A DNA stretch of 64,000 bases from Antedon mediterranea (taxonomy: Eukaryota; Animalia; Echinodermata): contig NC_092679.1 of assembly GCF_964355755.1 (NCBI RefSeq), positions 15,235,432 through 15,299,431 on the forward strand. Reading direction: 5' to 3'. Positions 62,433-64,000 of this stretch are shown here, piece by piece. The position numbers and the translations under genes were made by a program. The number at the start of each line of letters is the position of its first letter. The first letter of the stretch is position 1. The notes under the pieces were generated by a model. It made no database searches. It was not told where the DNA came from and saw nothing but the letters and a program-made list of their open reading frames with translations.

Positions 62433-62505
62433 GGTTTCGTAGTGTAGTGGTTATCACGTCTGCTTAACACGCAGAAGGTCCCTGGTTCGAGCCCGGTCGA
62501 ATCCT
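62433..62505 (+). tRNA. tRNA-Val(AAC), last gene of the array, degenerate
   Basis: Mismatches in the T and acceptor stems (CCCGGTCGAATCCT). Confidence 0.68.
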
Positions 62506-62766
62506 ATGTTTTCAAACTTAGTGATATTGTGCAAAATATACTTTATATGATATATCTTTTTGCATATATTATTTTGTGTTAATACTTATTTTGTGGAATC
62601 TATCATTATTACTAGTTTCTAAACTTCACACATGTTTATTTAACTTTGGGCTTATTACAATATCCATTAATAGTGCTGTCAATGTAGCACAAATAATAGA
62701 TATACCTTGACAGAATTAGAACATAATGTATTTTTGTGGTAAATATTTATAATGACCTATCAGAAC

Positions 62767-62883
62767 AAACAAGGCCATATACATGGCTGCAGTCGCGTGG
62801 TCAAATTTGAGTTAGTGTTTACCGGCCGCCCGACCAACTAACCAACCGACATAGTGAGCTGTAGAGTTGCACGCGACTAAAAA
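62767..62883 (-). mobile_element. Short Helentron-associated / DINE-1-like non-autonomous element
   Basis: On the minus strand: T5, then subterminal IR AGTCGCGTG ... CACGCGACT (62870-62878 / 62791-62799), a GTCG/GTTG microsatellite-like core, a 3' stem-loop GCCAT-GTAT-ATGGC, then CTTGTTT. Confidence 0.6.
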
Positions 62884-63077
62884 TGAAGAAAAAAATGTTG
62901 TTGAAGAAATTAGGTTAATGTCCATAAACCAAAATGGCCGCTGTCTACAGTAGTTTTCTATATATCCTGTATTAGTCCAGGCAATCTAGAATTTAAAGTC
63001 AAACAAATTGCAAACAAAGCTTTTATTTTGTAATTGAACACATATGACGTGGAGATGAAATTCCACAAAAAACTAAT

Positions 63078-63504
63078 GTAGAAGTAGAAGAGTGGCGGAG
63101 CGGTTAAGACAGTGGAACCGTAATTACGTAGCCATAACATCGGCAGGGGTTCGAGGCTCACTCACTCCATGGTTCTGGTGGTAGAACGAGTCTTCTCGGA
63201 TAAGGACTATAAACCGTAGGTCCAGTGTACACATCTAGCTCGTGTGCACTTTAAAGAACCTAGTACATCTTTCGAGACGAGTAGGGGGTTACCCCGGTGT
63301 ACTAGTACATCACAGCCACTGATCACCAACTGGGCCCTCTGGGAGACCAGTCTTTGACTGAAGAGGTTACCCAGTATAAATATATATTTCAATCAATCAA
63401 TCAAGCCTCTATTACATCTATTAAGGAGACACCCATACATCAACCAACTAACAAGAGGGGACACTTTTGTTGTCTCAAAGGTTTCCCCATAATAGAGGTT
63501 CTAC
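63078..63504. mobile_element. Degenerate small MITE (Tc1/mariner/Tigger-like TIR) whose left TIR is split by the SINE
   Basis: Removing the SINE gives GTAGAAGCCTCTATTA, the inverse of TAATAGAGGTTCTAC at 63490-63504. Confidence 0.45.
63086..63404 (+). mobile_element. tRNA-headed SINE with a Deu/Nin-like central domain
   Basis: A box TGGCGGAGCGG and B-box-like GGTTCGAGGC. The central GACTATAAACCGTAGGTCC...GCACTTTAAAGAACC...GAGTAGGGGGTTACCCCGGTGT resembles the Deu/Nin consensus as I recall it. (CAAT)n tail. Confidence 0.75.
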
Positions 63505-64000
63505 CTATCCAAATTGAATTAGTCCTCCAGATAAACTCTTTAAGTAAATACAGATAAAGTCAAAATTCTTAACGTTAGTATTATAAATAATAATAATAAC
63601 AATAACGTTGGTGGCGTTTAACGCTAATGACTGTATTTTGATCATTTCTTTTCAACGGCTGACTATTTTAAAATTTGTTTTGAAAATTCTTTTAAAACTG
63701 AAAATGTATGATCGTTTGTTTATTTTCATGCAAGGACACTAAACTATCTTTTGACATCTTGGAAAATAAATCCATAAATCAATCAAATAACGTGTGAAGA
63801 CACATTTTTAAAACTTTATTTTACTAGGCCTCTCGATGTAATTACGTGTTAGTGACAGGGCGAAGCCAAGCGGTCTATGTACCATTATCATACCTCAGTC
63901 ACGTAGGCTACGTTCAGATGGCCTAACTTGTTGGCCAGATTGGAGACATTACGGAAATAATGCTATGGAAATATGCGATGATGTACATGATATTGTTTTG

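Larger units (their letters stand above)
2226..62505 (+). repeat. Tandem tRNA-Val gene array (about 168 loci, all plus strand) interspersed with minisatellite blocks
   Basis: The 73-nt unit GG(T/C)TTCGT(A/G)GTGTAGTGGTTATCACGTCTGCTT[NAC]ACGCAGAAGGTCCCCGGTTCGAGCCCGGGCG(A/G)AACCT recurs every 170-900 bp. It folds as a cloverleaf, carries Pol III A and B boxes, and is followed by oligo-T tracts. Confidence 0.97.
19934..62505 (+). repeat. Right domain: about 1.5-kb unit (Val-TAC, Val-AAC, Val-AAC, Val-CAC, Val-CAC, minisatellite), about 25 variable copies
   Basis: TAC genes start at 20984, 22647, 24558, 26066, 27546, 29054, 30550, 32213, 34130, 36185, 37666, 39174, 40837, 42748, 44965, 47020, 49075, 52026, 53292, 54837, 56346, 57860, 59559 and 61994, with the same spacer order after each. 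Confidence 0.93.

Noticed and set aside
2226-62505. Array of tRNA-derived SINEs
   Set aside because: The units are full cloverleafs followed directly by oligo-T, with no SINE body, tail or TSDs, and conserved 5' leaders show DNA-level duplication.
2226-62505. Bacterial or organellar tRNA operon
   Set aside because: There is no encoded CCA, the AAC anticodon for Val is eukaryotic, each gene has its own oligo-T terminator, and eukaryotic transposons are present.
62958-63557. ORFs of 61-67 aa in the right flank
   Set aside because: They overlap the SINE and MITE and have no recognisable protein features.

Overview
AT-rich eukaryotic DNA, probably from an invertebrate animal, with no credible protein-coding gene; the supplied ORFs are repeat or AT-rich artefacts. 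About 60 kb (2226-62505) is one head-to-tail, plus-strand array of about 168 tRNA-Val loci by manual count: about 66 AAC, 58 CAC, 36 TAC and 8 lacking the anticodon arm. All three anticodons sit on essentially the same 73-nt tRNA body, and almost all copies have a T (U73) discriminator. About 32 blocks of a 31-32 bp minisatellite (GGTATTCAACATGTTTACCAATAATGTGCTTA) are interspersed. The array has two domains: a young 4341-bp, 11-locus higher-order repeat (about 4 copies, 2.3-19.7 kb), and a roughly 1.5-kb five-gene unit (TAC-AAC-AAC-CAC-CAC plus minisatellite) reshuffled into larger duplications (19.9-62.5 kb). Three non-autonomous DNA transposon families have inserted. A P-element-like MITE (32-bp TIR, 7-bp TSD) lies inside a tRNA-Val(CAC) in 3 co-amplified copies. 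A Helitron lies just after a tRNA-Val(AAC). A Mutator-like element (9-bp TSD) lies in the T-arm of another tRNA-Val(CAC). The right flank holds a short Helentron/DINE-like element and a tRNA-headed Deu/Nin-domain-like SINE that appears nested in a small MITE. Counts and coordinates were made by eye and may be off by a few.
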